Shown: one piece after another, positions 17,884 through 26,877 of the stretch
Layout: each line of letters opens with the position of its first letter
Position numbering within the stretch: position 1 is the stretch's first letter
Origin: a virus
Taxonomy: Duplodnaviria > Caudoviricetes
Length of the DNA stretch: 41,129 nt
IMG/VR virus record: IMGVR_UViG_3300048574_000241
Location: 1-41,129 of that record
Direction: 5' to 3' (one strand)
Program-made: the position numbers and the translations under genes
The notes under the pieces: model-generated
What the model was told of the DNA's origin: nothing
Databases searched by the model: none
Seen by the model: the letters and a program-made list of their open reading frames with translations, nothing else

Positions 17884-18777
17884 TCACAGCCACGGCACGA
17901 TCAGCACGTCGACAAGCTTGAAGTTCGGATTGTCGGCGCCATTGGCGAGCCGCTGCACGGCTACGATTTCGTTGGCTGCGTTGCGGAGGCTGACCGGGAT
18001 CACGAGCAGGTTCGGTTTAACTCCGAGCGGGCGACCTTCATCACCTTTGCGCCCCGCCATCGCGTCATAGGCGGCGTCGAAGTTATCCTTGGTGAGGGGC
18101 GCCTTCGATGCGTAGCCGAGTTGCCAGAACGCATAGCCCGCCTCGCAACGGCCGTAGACGCCGTAGGTGAACATGTTGCGCATGAACACAGCGTCGGAGG
18201 AGTTCGGATCGTCCTTGGCGACGAACTCGAACTTCTTGCGATCCTGGAAGATCAGCGGCTTGACCACCTTCGAGGTGTCGAGGAGGAACCAGGGGGTGCC
18301 GCCACCGGCCTGCAGATTGGACTGCATCTCGGTCGAGCCGTCTTCCTTCTTGACCGGATGATCGGTGTCGAAGAAAAACTGGCCGTCGTAACAGTTGGTG
18401 GAAAAGCCTTTGCCAAGCATCGAGAAGACAAGTTCGTCCGGAAACACCCGTGCATCCTCGCCCATCGACGCCATGAGCGGCGAATAGAGGGCGTGCGTAT
18501 CGTCTTCGATCGCGGTGCGCGGCACTTCGACGGTGGCTTCAAAAGGCTTGTTGGTGAGTTTATAGCCTTCGGCCGTGATCGAACGGACCACGCGCTCGCC
18601 GACCCACTCGCGGATGCGTGGCAGATGGCCGAGCCAGGTGTAGGCTTCCGTTCCCGTCGTTGACGGCACGACGGTGGCGACACGTTTGTAGAGCGTCTCG
18701 CCGGCGGTGAACGCATTGCGAAACGCGGTGCGATAAGACACCTGCAGGTCGTTGAGATTCGTGCGATTGATGATCAT
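17884..18777 (-). CDS. Major capsid protein, Mu gpT family
   Basis: YTWLG..PRIREWVGER, CYDGQFFFDTDHPV, KPLIFQDRK, WQLGY. Confidence 0.96.
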   Translation of the reverse strand: MIINRTNLNDLQVSYRTAFRNAFTAGETLYKRVATVVPSTTGTEAYTWLGHLPRIREWVGERVVRSITAEGYKLTNKPFEATVEVPRTAIEDDTHALYSPLMASMGEDARVFPDELVFSMLGKGFSTNCYDGQFFFDTDHPVKKEDGSTEMQSNLQAGGGTPWFLLDTSKVVKPLIFQDRKKFEFVAKDDPNSSDAVFMRNMFTYGVYGRCEAGYAFWQLGYASKAPLTKDNFDAAYDAMAGRKGDEGRPLGVKPNLLVIPVSLRNAANEIVAVQRLANGADNPNFKLVDVLIVPWL

Positions 18778-18792
18778 CGATCAGGTGTCCCT

Positions 18793-19191
18793 TCAGAAAC
18801 GCACCCACACGCCGTTGGACTCGACATCGTGAACGATGCCGGCCTGCGAGCGGGTGTTGGTGCCGTTGGTTTTCGCCACCGTCTCGTCGTCGACGACGTA
18901 GCAAGGCTTGCCGATCGAGGTGCGGTCGACGGCGTCGGTGGCGCTGTTCTTGAACAGGAAGCAGCCGCGGCGGATCTGCACCCGGCTTGCCCCGTCGGTC
19001 GCGCCGCCGGTGACGGTGCCCTCGACGCGCCCCAGCGCCGTCAGCGTGGTGGATGTCGCACCGGGCGTGGCGTAGCCGGTCGCGTTGGCGCAGCCGATCG
19101 CGCCCTGGTAGAGAGTGACGCCGGCGGCGACGTCGAGGACGTAGAGGTATCCGTCGCGCAGCCGGGTTTCGCGTTCCGTTACAAGAGCCAT
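18793..19191 (-). CDS. Probable head decoration protein
   Basis: Between protease and capsid genes; IG..CYVVDDETVAKTNG.NTRS.AG...GVWV. Confidence 0.8.
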   Translation of the reverse strand: MALVTERETRLRDGYLYVLDVAAGVTLYQGAIGCANATGYATPGATSTTLTALGRVEGTVTGGATDGASRVQIRRGCFLFKNSATDAVDRTSIGKPCYVVDDETVAKTNGTNTRSQAGIVHDVESNGVWVRF

Positions 19192-19197
19192 GAGTGA

Positions 19198-19683
19198 TCA
19201 GGCGACGTTGGCCGCCAGCTCCTTTTTGAAGTCGTCTTCGGAAATGCCGTGCTGGGCACAGAGCGCCTTTTGCGCGGCGGTGAGTTCGCCCGGCTTGTCG
19301 CCGGGCGCGATCCTGTCGAACCCGCTCGCATCGGTGAGATTCGGCAGCGTCTTGAGCAAAGCTTCAACCTGCGCGAGGCCGCCGTCCTGGCGGCAGATGG
19401 CGAGGTAGTGGTCCCGCGAGGCCGGCGCGATCTTGCCGTCCTTGACGCCCTGATCGACCAAGGCGACGGCGCTGGCGATCTGGGCCTGCTTGCCCTGGTC
19501 GGCCAGCTTCTGCTCGGCCGTGGTGGCGCGGTTGAGCGCGGCGTCCAGGTCGGCTTTCGGCACGAACTTGTTCGGGTCGGGCCGGTCGAGACTTGAGCGC
19601 ATCGAATTGATGGCGGTGATGACGTCGGCGTCGGTCGCGGTTGCGGCGATGCCGAGAGCGGCAGCGATGGCTGCACGATCCAT
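19198..19683 (-). CDS. Nested scaffold protein (Mu gpZ-like) from an internal in-frame start
   Basis: GGAG precedes in-frame ATG 19683 (MDRAAIAAALG...); matches the Mu I/Z arrangement. Confidence 0.6.
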   Translation of the reverse strand: MDRAAIAAALGIAATATDADVITAINSMRSSLDRPDPNKFVPKADLDAALNRATTAEQKLADQGKQAQIASAVALVDQGVKDGKIAPASRDHYLAICRQDGGLAQVEALLKTLPNLTDASGFDRIAPGDKPGELTAAQKALCAQHGISEDDFKKELAANVA

Positions 19684-20154
19684 GTCGGTCTCCAGTGTTT
19701 GGTTGTTAAGTGATGGCAGGTCGAGGTTGGGCTTGTTGGTGAGCCCGACAGAGAGCAGCCGCGTGATGCGGCCGTTGTCCTTCCGGTGAAGGAAAGCTGG
19801 CGAGATGTAGCGATAGGCCTTGCCGGCCACGAGCGCGGCCCCGTGCTCGGTCCACTCGACGTCGGCGATCAGCTCGCCGTTGAGCGCGGTGAGCTTCTTG
19901 ATCCAGCCCTGCGCCGGCGCGGGTTCGCCCTTCGGGCCGCGCAATTCGGTTGCGTGCTCGATGTCGATCGGCACGTCGATGTTGCCGGCGGTGAAGTCGG
20001 CGACGATCCCGTCCGGCTGATCGTTGAGGAAAGCCCGGCCGTCGCGCCCCCGGTTGGTCCCCGGCCGGAGCAGGACGAGCTGGGACGGCACCGCGCCCTC
20101 GGCGTTGAGGGCCAGGGAGAAGAAAAAGCTGGCGAGGGAGGACGGCTGCGTCAT
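19198..20154 (-). CDS. Prohead protease, Mu gpI family (start 20154 or 20163)
   Basis: GRDGR, IDIEHA, APAQGWI, VEWT, YRYISPAF, GLTNKPNL. Confidence 0.93.
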   Translation of the reverse strand: MTQPSSLASFFFSLALNAEGAVPSQLVLLRPGTNRGRDGRAFLNDQPDGIVADFTAGNIDVPIDIEHATELRGPKGEPAPAQGWIKKLTALNGELIADVEWTEHGAALVAGKAYRYISPAFLHRKDNGRITRLLSVGLTNKPNLDLPSLNNQTLETDMDRAAIAAALGIAATATDADVITAINSMRSSLDRPDPNKFVPKADLDAALNRATTAEQKLADQGKQAQIASAVALVDQGVKDGKIAPASRDHYLAICRQDGGLAQVEALLKTLPNLTDASGFDRIAPGDKPGELTAAQKALCAQHGISEDDFKKELAANVA

Positions 20155-20190
20155 GCCGGCCATATCAGGCGCGGCGGCCGGCTTTCGTAA

Positions 20191-20208
20191 CTCTGACAGG
20201 TGTCAGAG
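20191..20208. promoter_or_regulatory. Palindromic late-activator-type box upstream of the protease gene
   Basis: CTCTGACAGGTGTCAGAG, identical to 8519-8536; position equivalent to Mu PI. Confidence 0.8.
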
Positions 20209-20405
20209 CGACCCGAAATGCAGCCCGGACACCATGCCTGCCGGCGGCCGATCTTGGCAAGCCCCTGTCAGGGGGGCGGGATCGACGGGGCGGAGGGCTG
20301 TCAGGGAGGCGCGTTCAAGGGGTTTTCAAGCCCGCCCGGGCCGATGACGGGGCGTCCGGCACCCGGTGGACCGGCCGGGGGGCAAAATGGGCTGTGTGGC
20401 CGATT

Positions 20406-20433
20406 TTGAATTTTCGGGAAAATGGCCTATTTT
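20406..20433 (+). promoter_or_regulatory. Candidate sigma70-like promoter convergent on the MuF gene
   Basis: TTGAAT-16 nt-TATTTT in an AT-rich patch within otherwise GC-rich DNA. Confidence 0.45.
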
Positions 20434-20435
20434 GA

Positions 20436-20506
20436 GGGTGCCTGAGCCATCCGCTTACCGGGTTTCACCCCGCGGGGACATAGCGACCCCCCAGGCGTTT
20501 AATTTT
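20436..20506 (+). ncRNA. Candidate small structured RNA abutting the MuF-toxin stop codon
   Basis: Closing stem GCCTG(20440-44)/CAGGC(20492-96) encloses two hairpins and is followed by GTTTAATTTT. Folded by eye only. Confidence 0.4.
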
Positions 20507-21692
20507 CCCCCTCGTCGTGACGTCTTTGGGCCTGACGCCGGATTCGGGCGATGTCGTCGGCCGTGATCCGGTGGAACGTCGTGACGTAGAGCGCATCACC
20601 GGCGCCGGTGCGCTTGACGACGAGGTGCCAGGGGCGACCATCGAGGGTGCCGACGAAGTTGGTGATGCGCCCGGCCTCGATCCGCTCCGCCGTTCGCAGG
20701 AAGTCCGGCAGCAACTCATAGTGCCGACCGATCACTTCAGGATGTTTGGCAAGCTGCTTGATCGCGGTCTCGGTCGAGAGCAACGCGACGGATGAAGCCG
20801 CGCCTGCTGGCGGTTCGGCAAGAGTTGCAACGGGCAAGGCAATGCGCTTCGCCAGCTTCCCGGCAATCAGTTTGGCGAATTCCGCCGACAGCACGACGGT
20901 CTCCACCGCGACTGCGCGCAACATCGGGTCCTCGATGCGGCCGATCTTGTCGGCGAGGACGCGCGCCAAACCGACACTGCGGCTCTTGCCCGGATTGGTG
21001 TGCCAGCCTGGATCGATACCCACCGGCACCTCGACACGCTCACCGGTGCGCCGGTTCTCGAAAATGCGAGTCCGCATCACGGGATCGGGCGAGACGCCGC
21101 CCAGGCGCTTGGCCTCGGCGCGGCCGACCTGCCGCACCGCGCACTGGCAGCCCCAGCCATTCGGCGGGAAATGGGTCGCCCAGAACTCATGGTCGATCGG
21201 CAACAGCGTGCCGACCCATTCGAGATGCTCCTGACGCGGATCAGCCGCGGTGGTCTCGACGTAAAGAAGGTAAGGCAGCACATCCTTGCTGGCCTGGGCG
21301 CGCTCCCATTGACCTGCCGCGCGCGCCGCGCGCATGTTCGACCAGAAGATGTTCTGCAGCCGTCGCGGCGATGAGAAATCGACCGGCTTGCGCGCGCCGC
21401 TGTCCGCGTCCTCGACGGTACGCGGTCCCCACCAGCCCAGTGACGCCAGCTTGGGCTGGAGCTGCGCCCGCCACTCCTCATAGCCGAGCCCGCGCGCGAT
21501 GGCGTCGTCGATGGTGCCGCGAAACGCGGCGAGCACGTCGACGTCGACGGCCTTGGCGACGGTGAAGGCGTGCGCGTGTTCCTGGCCCCACACGTCGAGC
21601 CAGGAGAAGGCGGGAGCCAGCTTCCGGCCGCGGAAATAATCCAGCACGTCGGTCGGCGGCGTCACCTCATGGATGCGGACGGAATCGGGCAT
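20499..21692 (-). CDS. MuF (gp30) head morphogenesis protein with C-terminal BECR/PBECR2-like nuclease domain
   Basis: N-terminal HAHAFTVAK, RRLQNIF, PPNGWGCQC, DPGW..NPG. C-terminal LSTETAIKQLAKHPE...Y..LP...VVKRT...LYVTTFHR. Confidence 0.88.
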   Translation of the reverse strand: MPDSVRIHEVTPPTDVLDYFRGRKLAPAFSWLDVWGQEHAHAFTVAKAVDVDVLAAFRGTIDDAIARGLGYEEWRAQLQPKLASLGWWGPRTVEDADSGARKPVDFSSPRRLQNIFWSNMRAARAAGQWERAQASKDVLPYLLYVETTAADPRQEHLEWVGTLLPIDHEFWATHFPPNGWGCQCAVRQVGRAEAKRLGGVSPDPVMRTRIFENRRTGERVEVPVGIDPGWHTNPGKSRSVGLARVLADKIGRIEDPMLRAVAVETVVLSAEFAKLIAGKLAKRIALPVATLAEPPAGAASSVALLSTETAIKQLAKHPEVIGRHYELLPDFLRTAERIEAGRITNFVGTLDGRPWHLVVKRTGAGDALYVTTFHRITADDIARIRRQAQRRHDEGEN

Positions 21693-21709
21693 GGGCTACG
21701 CCGTCGCGC

Positions 21710-22201
21710 TCATTCCGCACGCCCCGCGAGGATCGCGACGGCATAACTGCGATGTGCATCCTCTAGACGCTTGTGCGTGCGCCAAGCATCGCGTTCTTCT
21801 TGATCGTCAGCATGCCGATCGAACAGATTGCGAGAGACGCAGTGGCGAGCTGCTTGTTGATTATGCCAATTCGCACACTTCCCCCGTTCATCGGCACGGA
21901 TCGCGGCTTCGTCGAGAGGCTCGGGTTCAGAAAGTTGCTGTTCGAGGTCAGCTAGGTCTCTTGCGGAGTGATAGTCCCAAATAACACCGAGCCCACCGCA
22001 TTCGTGGCATCCGCTGCCAGCCTCGCATTTGAACGTCCGGCTGAAGTGGTAGCGCCCTACAGAGTGGCCGTCTTCGGTTTCATGGCAGCCGGTGCACGGC
22101 CGCCACCACGCGGCGGCACCATCTTCGCCAGCCTCCTTTACGACCTCGGCAATGCGGCCTCGGAGTTTTGAATCAAGCTCGACACTGGTGGAGTCAGACA
22201 T
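21710..22201 (-). CDS. Inserted hypothetical protein with CxxC...C...CxxCGG motif
   Basis: AGGAGG upstream; WRPCTGCHETEDG...GSGCHECGGLGVIWD; AT-richer than its neighbours. Confidence 0.75.
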   Translation of the reverse strand: MSDSTSVELDSKLRGRIAEVVKEAGEDGAAAWWRPCTGCHETEDGHSVGRYHFSRTFKCEAGSGCHECGGLGVIWDYHSARDLADLEQQLSEPEPLDEAAIRADERGKCANWHNQQAARHCVSRNLFDRHADDQEERDAWRTHKRLEDAHRSYAVAILAGRAE

Positions 22202-22213
22202 CAACTACCTCCT

Positions 22214-22333
22214 TCAAAAGCAAGCGAAATGCATGACACGTCGAGCAATGAATCCGATGGTCGACAACACGCCGATGATGGCGAACAGGAGCCACAAGCC
22301 GAGGATGATGAAGTCGCGCATGTCTTCGCTCAT
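22214..22333 (-). CDS. 39-aa single-pass membrane peptide (not on the ORF track)
   Basis: MSEDMRDFIILGLWLLFAIIGVLSTIGFIARRVMHFACF; fills the gap between the portal stop and the next ribosome-binding site. Confidence 0.6.
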   Translation of the reverse strand: MSEDMRDFIILGLWLLFAIIGVLSTIGFIARRVMHFACF

Positions 22334-22335
22334 CT

Positions 22336-23931
22336 TCAGCCCTCTCCGACGTCACCGAGGCCGCGCGCGATCGCCGTGGCCTTGGCGAGCTGGCTGGCCA
22401 ACGCGCTTGAATCCATCTTGCGCACCGCTTGCGGCAGCCGCTCGAGCAGTTCCTCGAACGAACCGCATTCCCGCGCCAGCGCGAGCAGCGGGTCCACCAC
22501 GGGCGGCAGCACCTCCTGCCAATCGCCGCAGGCCTCCGCCGCCATGCGGTCGATGTCAGTCAACGCCTGCTGGCTGGCGAGCGCGACGCCATGCACACCG
22601 CCGCAGCCCGGACAGCGCATCCGGTTGATGGCCTTGGCCGCCGGCGGCTGCTCCGCCGCCGCGCGCCCGGCCGAGAGCGGCCGCAGCACGATCTCGTCGG
22701 CATCGGGATCGGAGAAGCCGATGCGGTCGCGCACCTCGGCCTCGCTGACCCGGCCGCCACGGTCGACGAACTCGGTCAGCACCTCCATCGTCGCCTTGAT
22801 GTCCTCGGGCTCGATGACGGGCAATGTGAACAGCGGCATGCCGTTCTTCGGCATCCCGAAATTGTAGAACACGAACGGCTCGATCATGTCGCGCTGGATC
22901 GTCGCCGACAGTTCGTCGGCGTCGGCCGCCACCAGCTCGCGGCGAATCTCCTGATGCTCCTTCGACACCGCGTGGCCGCCGGACACCGCATCGGTCGTGG
23001 TGGTCTGGCCGAGCACCAGCTTCGACATCAGCATGTCGAGGTACTTGCAGAGCTTCTCGAAGGCGTCGGTCGCCTTCGAGCCGCGCGTCTCCAGCAGTTC
23101 GATGATCATGGCCTCGGGGATGATGGCCGCGCCGTCGCTGGCGATGTTCGCCACCGCCCGCAACAGCGCCGACTTGTCCTCCCGCGATGCGCCGGGATGC
23201 CATTTGCCAATGCGCCACGGGATGCCATAGACGTCGAGAAAGTTCATCCAGTCCTTCAGGCTGAATGACTTGAGCATGAACATCCACATCGCCACCCGGG
23301 CGAGGCCGCCGCGGATCGGCTGGCCCGACTTGAGCTTGGGCACGTGGACCACGAACTTCGCGGGCTGCAGCGGCACGCCGTCGATGTTGCCGTCCTCGCG
23401 CAGCCGCAGATGCATGCCGGTGATGCGGTCGAACTGGAACATGCGCGGATCGCGCCACGCGAAGCCGCCGATGCTCCAGCGCGTGGCGCTGGTGGTCCAC
23501 AGCATCTCGACGACGGAATAGCCCTTGGACAGGCCGTCGCACAGATCCACGATGGAGGACCGGAACGCCGGCGTCGCCACCAGCTTGCGCACCGCGTCGG
23601 CGATATCGACGTCCACCTTGTCGGTCGAGGCGGCCTCGATCACCGGCGGGATCGCCCGCAGCGCCAGCTTGCGGGTGGTGATGACGGCGCGGTAGTGCGG
23701 CTCGCGCTCCTCAATCTCCTCGGCGAGGGTGAGGTATTCGCGCGTGTCACCGCCGGGCTCGGCCGATTGCCGCAGCACGCGCGCCAGGCGCTCCGGCGTC
23801 AGGCCGGAGGCGACCGGCTCGTTCCAGATGGAGCGCACCCCGGTCATGGTCGGCTCGGCGACGGGACGGGTCTCGGGCTTTTTCGGCAGCGGCACGCCGT
23901 ACTGGTCGGTAAGGCTGTAGGTTTCGGTCAT
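22336..23931 (-). CDS. Portal protein, Mu gp29 (DUF935)
   Basis: GLTPERLARVLR, GYSVVE..W, DW..F...YGIP.RIGK, SKLVLGQT.TT. Confidence 0.95.
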   Translation of the reverse strand: MTETYSLTDQYGVPLPKKPETRPVAEPTMTGVRSIWNEPVASGLTPERLARVLRQSAEPGGDTREYLTLAEEIEEREPHYRAVITTRKLALRAIPPVIEAASTDKVDVDIADAVRKLVATPAFRSSIVDLCDGLSKGYSVVEMLWTTSATRWSIGGFAWRDPRMFQFDRITGMHLRLREDGNIDGVPLQPAKFVVHVPKLKSGQPIRGGLARVAMWMFMLKSFSLKDWMNFLDVYGIPWRIGKWHPGASREDKSALLRAVANIASDGAAIIPEAMIIELLETRGSKATDAFEKLCKYLDMLMSKLVLGQTTTTDAVSGGHAVSKEHQEIRRELVAADADELSATIQRDMIEPFVFYNFGMPKNGMPLFTLPVIEPEDIKATMEVLTEFVDRGGRVSEAEVRDRIGFSDPDADEIVLRPLSAGRAAAEQPPAAKAINRMRCPGCGGVHGVALASQQALTDIDRMAAEACGDWQEVLPPVVDPLLALARECGSFEELLERLPQAVRKMDSSALASQLAKATAIARGLGDVGEG

Positions 23932-23980
23932 GGGGTCAAACCCGCTTCAAGGTGTTGTCGGCAACGAGTTGTCACGGCGC

Positions 23981-25594
23981 TCACCACAGCCCGTCGCGGC
24001 GATGGCCGATCATGATGTCGCGCTCCGCTCGCTGCGCCTCGCTCCAGTGCGGGGCCGGGCCGCCGGCGGCCTGCGAGCCCAGCGTCTCGTAGCCATACTC
24101 GGTGTAGTTCGACCGTGAGGCGGCATGGGCGAGCAGCAGGGCGACGAAGGCGTCGCCGTGGCGCTTCTTGCCGTCGCTGCCGGTGACGCGGAGCGGCGGC
24201 ATGGTCGGCACGCCGCCGCGCATGATCGGTAGCTGCAGGTCTTTCTTGATGTCGAGGTCGAGTGGGATCGCGATGCCGTCATCCTCGAAACTCGCGCGCA
24301 GCGCCGGCACGTTCTCGACGTACCATGTCGCCGACAGCTTGACCTGTTCGACGCGCAGCGCGCCGTAGCGCTGCGCGAAGGTCTCGGCGAGCTGGGCGCC
24401 GATGCCGATGGCGTCGAGCTTCGCCGCCGAGAAACGCGGCAGGCGATCGCAGATGTAGCGGCCGATCTGCCATTGCTGTTCGAACGGGATGTTGCGCAGC
24501 TCGACCACAAACGGCGTCACGCGCTTTAAGGTGCGCGCCGTCACCAGCGGCCAGTACACCGTGAGGTCGCCGACGCGGCCGAAGTCGCCGCCGAGGAACG
24601 ACGGCAGATGCGGGTCCATCACCTTGAGCAGCGGCAAGAGGAAAGCCTCGCACCATTGTTCGGTCTCGGCGCGGCGCGCCGCTTCCGGCATCAGGCCGAA
24701 GGCAGTGGACTTTTCCAGCCGCAGCACCGGGACGCCGTCGGTCATGCGCGCCTCGATCAGCGCGCCGTTGAGCACGGCTCCACCGCCCTGGGACGGGATG
24801 CAGAAGAATTCCTCGTCTGCCGCGTCGCCGGCGTTGTCGATCAGGTTCTGCCGCCAGCGAGCCTCGGCTTCCGCGCTCCACGTCTCGCCGTTCTTGTCGC
24901 AGATGCGCCGGAACAATCCGTCCATCAGCGCATCGTCGAGGGTGACCCGGAGCACCTTGTACGGCTTGCGGCCGGCGCGCGCGTCCTCGATCATGCGGTT
25001 GAAGGCGTTGGCCTCGCCAAAGTGGGTGGAGATCACCAGAATCTTGCCGCCCCACATCAGGAACGGAACGGCGGCGTCGATGACCTGCTGCAGGCTGTCG
25101 TGGAACGCGGCCTCGTCCAGAATCAGGTAGCCCTGCAGGCCGCGCAGCGACCGGGGGCGCGCGGCGAGCGCGCGGATCTCGTAGCCCGACGCGAACCGCA
25201 CCCGAAACGCCTGGATCGGCTGGCCGGCATCGTCGAACAGATAGGGCTCGACGCCGACTTCGGTCATCGCCTCGCCGAACGACTCCGCCCACATGGCGCA
25301 GGTGTCGATGAACTCCCGCGCCATGTCGAGGTTGTAGCCCATGTAGAACACGTCCATGCCGCCGGCCTCGCGCATGGCGGAGGCGGTGAGGACGGCGTCG
25401 GCCGCGGCGGCCCAGGTCATGCCGGTGCGGCGCGACTTCTCGCACAGCACGACCGTATGCAGCGCCGTGGTCTGCAGCAGCTCGCGCTGGTAGCGCAGCA
25501 GGATGTCCGAGGTCTCGTCGGGATCAGCGTGGGCGCGGAGCGCGGCCCATTCGGCCTCGCTGATCTCCCGGCCCTGACGTGCCACCGCATCCAT
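23981..25594 (-). CDS. Terminase large subunit, Mu gp28-like
   Basis: EKSRRTGMTW, ILDEAAFH, ISTH.G..N.F, GGDFGRVGDL, RHGDA; the ATG overlaps the upstream stop. Confidence 0.95.
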   Translation of the reverse strand: MDAVARQGREISEAEWAALRAHADPDETSDILLRYQRELLQTTALHTVVLCEKSRRTGMTWAAAADAVLTASAMREAGGMDVFYMGYNLDMAREFIDTCAMWAESFGEAMTEVGVEPYLFDDAGQPIQAFRVRFASGYEIRALAARPRSLRGLQGYLILDEAAFHDSLQQVIDAAVPFLMWGGKILVISTHFGEANAFNRMIEDARAGRKPYKVLRVTLDDALMDGLFRRICDKNGETWSAEAEARWRQNLIDNAGDAADEEFFCIPSQGGGAVLNGALIEARMTDGVPVLRLEKSTAFGLMPEAARRAETEQWCEAFLLPLLKVMDPHLPSFLGGDFGRVGDLTVYWPLVTARTLKRVTPFVVELRNIPFEQQWQIGRYICDRLPRFSAAKLDAIGIGAQLAETFAQRYGALRVEQVKLSATWYVENVPALRASFEDDGIAIPLDLDIKKDLQLPIMRGGVPTMPPLRVTGSDGKKRHGDAFVALLLAHAASRSNYTEYGYETLGSQAAGGPAPHWSEAQRAERDIMIGHRRDGLW

Positions 25595-26205
25595 CAGCCG
25601 CGATCCTTGATCTGGATGTTGAGCGCGGCCTTGAGCGCGGCGATGCTTTCCGGCGTGCCGCCATGCTTCTTGGCGACCTTGTCGATCGCGTCTGCCGCCC
25701 GGGCCTTGATCTCCTCCTCGATCTTGCGCCGTCCGTCGGCCGAGATGCGCTTGGCCTCTTCGGCATGTTTCAGCGCGCGCGACGTCAGCATCAGCATTTC
25801 GGCGGTGTCGCCGTCGGCTGACAGTTCTCCGGCGTTGGAGAGCATTTCGTGCACCAACGTCTTGATGGTTTCGGCCACCAGCAGGGTGACGGAGCTGTCC
25901 CCGGCCTGATCGAGCCTCGGCGCGAGCACCTGGGCGATCTCGCGCGTCTCCTCCAGCCGCCGCCCGAGCACGGCAAGGCGCATTGAGGCGCGGTTGAACG
26001 CGCTGCGCGAGATCTGCGGCGGGTCGGTGACGCCGTTCTCCCAGGCGGCCGTGCGCAGCCGCGCATTGAACTCGTCGAGGATTTCGAGCGCCGGCCGCTG
26101 GCGGCTTTTGAGCTCCCCGAACGCCCACAGCTTGGCCTCGTCGGCCCATTCGGGCAGAAGATCGAGCGACGACAGCCGCCCGCGCTTGGCGGTGCCCTTC
26201 GCCAT
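25594..26205 (-). CDS. Mu gp27 (DUF3486), putative terminase small subunit
   Basis: GRLSSLDLLP, ISRSAFNR; lies directly before the large terminase gene. Confidence 0.88.
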   Translation of the reverse strand: MAKGTAKRGRLSSLDLLPEWADEAKLWAFGELKSRQRPALEILDEFNARLRTAAWENGVTDPPQISRSAFNRASMRLAVLGRRLEETREIAQVLAPRLDQAGDSSVTLLVAETIKTLVHEMLSNAGELSADGDTAEMLMLTSRALKHAEEAKRISADGRRKIEEEIKARAADAIDKVAKKHGGTPESIAALKAALNIQIKDRG

Positions 26206-26209
26206 GGCG

Positions 26210-26500
26210 CTACCTCGGGCTCGGGCGCTTGACGCCTTCGATCACCAGACGGCCTTCAACGTGCTCCGCCCCCTTGGGAGCGAGCTTGGCGACGATCACG
26301 CTGGCCTGTTCGGTCCGCGTGATCGCTGCCTTGTCTTCGAGCCAGTTCAGTTCCTCGCGCACCCAGTCACGCGACTTCGAGATTCCGAAAGCCTCGAGCA
26401 CATGCTGCAGAAGGCCGTCATGGAGCGCATAGTTGGTCTGCTGATGCAGCTCGCGCAGCATGATCAGCCGCGCCTCTTCCCTGATGATGTCTCGCGCCAT
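26210..26500 (-). CDS. Mu gp26-like winged-helix protein
   Basis: RLIMLREL...SRDWVREELNWLE...G..HVEG...IEGVKRP. Confidence 0.85.
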   Translation of the reverse strand: MARDIIREEARLIMLRELHQQTNYALHDGLLQHVLEAFGISKSRDWVREELNWLEDKAAITRTEQASVIVAKLAPKGAEHVEGRLVIEGVKRPSPR

Positions 26501-26502
26501 GT

Positions 26503-26877
26503 TTACACTCCGGTCTGTTCCATAAGTCTCTCTTGAATGCGCTCGGCGATCGCGGTGACGGGCCTGATTTGTGCCGCCAGAGTGCGAATCTCGCCGCTGA
26601 GCTCCGTCATCTTCAGTTCGATGGTGTTGACCGTCTTGTGGTCGGGCAGGTGCAAAAGCTCGGACTCGATGCGCGTTGCACGGTCCTCAAGTTTGTCGAC
26701 TTTATCCGCGATATTGGCGACATGCTCTTTGCTTGCCCTGGTGCCGATAAACGTCCCAATGCCCTCCAGCTTCTCGTCTATCGCCTGCGAACGGTCACGC
26801 TTCATCGTGTAGGCCAACGATCCGAGGCCCACGACGAGCGCCAGCCACGGCACGATGGCTTGAATTTCGACGTTCAT
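26503..26877 (-). CDS. DUF2730 / Mu gp25-like membrane-anchored coiled-coil protein
   Basis: N-terminal hydrophobic helix; R..RIE.EL.HLP motif. Confidence 0.8.
   Translation of the reverse strand: MNVEIQAIVPWLALVVGLGSLAYTMKRDRSQAIDEKLEGIGTFIGTRASKEHVANIADKVDKLEDRATRIESELLHLPDHKTVNTIELKMTELSGEIRTLAAQIRPVTAIAERIQERLMEQTGV

Noticed and set aside
20436-20500. Bona fide tRNA gene
   Set aside because: Too short, with no T-arm GTTC or D-arm signature; kept only as a candidate structured RNA. The CAT in one loop is not enough to call an anticodon mimic.
23981-26149. 722-aa terminase as listed in the ORF track
   Set aside because: The upstream 185 codons overlap the gp27 gene; the coupled ATG at 25594 is the plausible start. 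The same reasoning trimmed many other listed starts.
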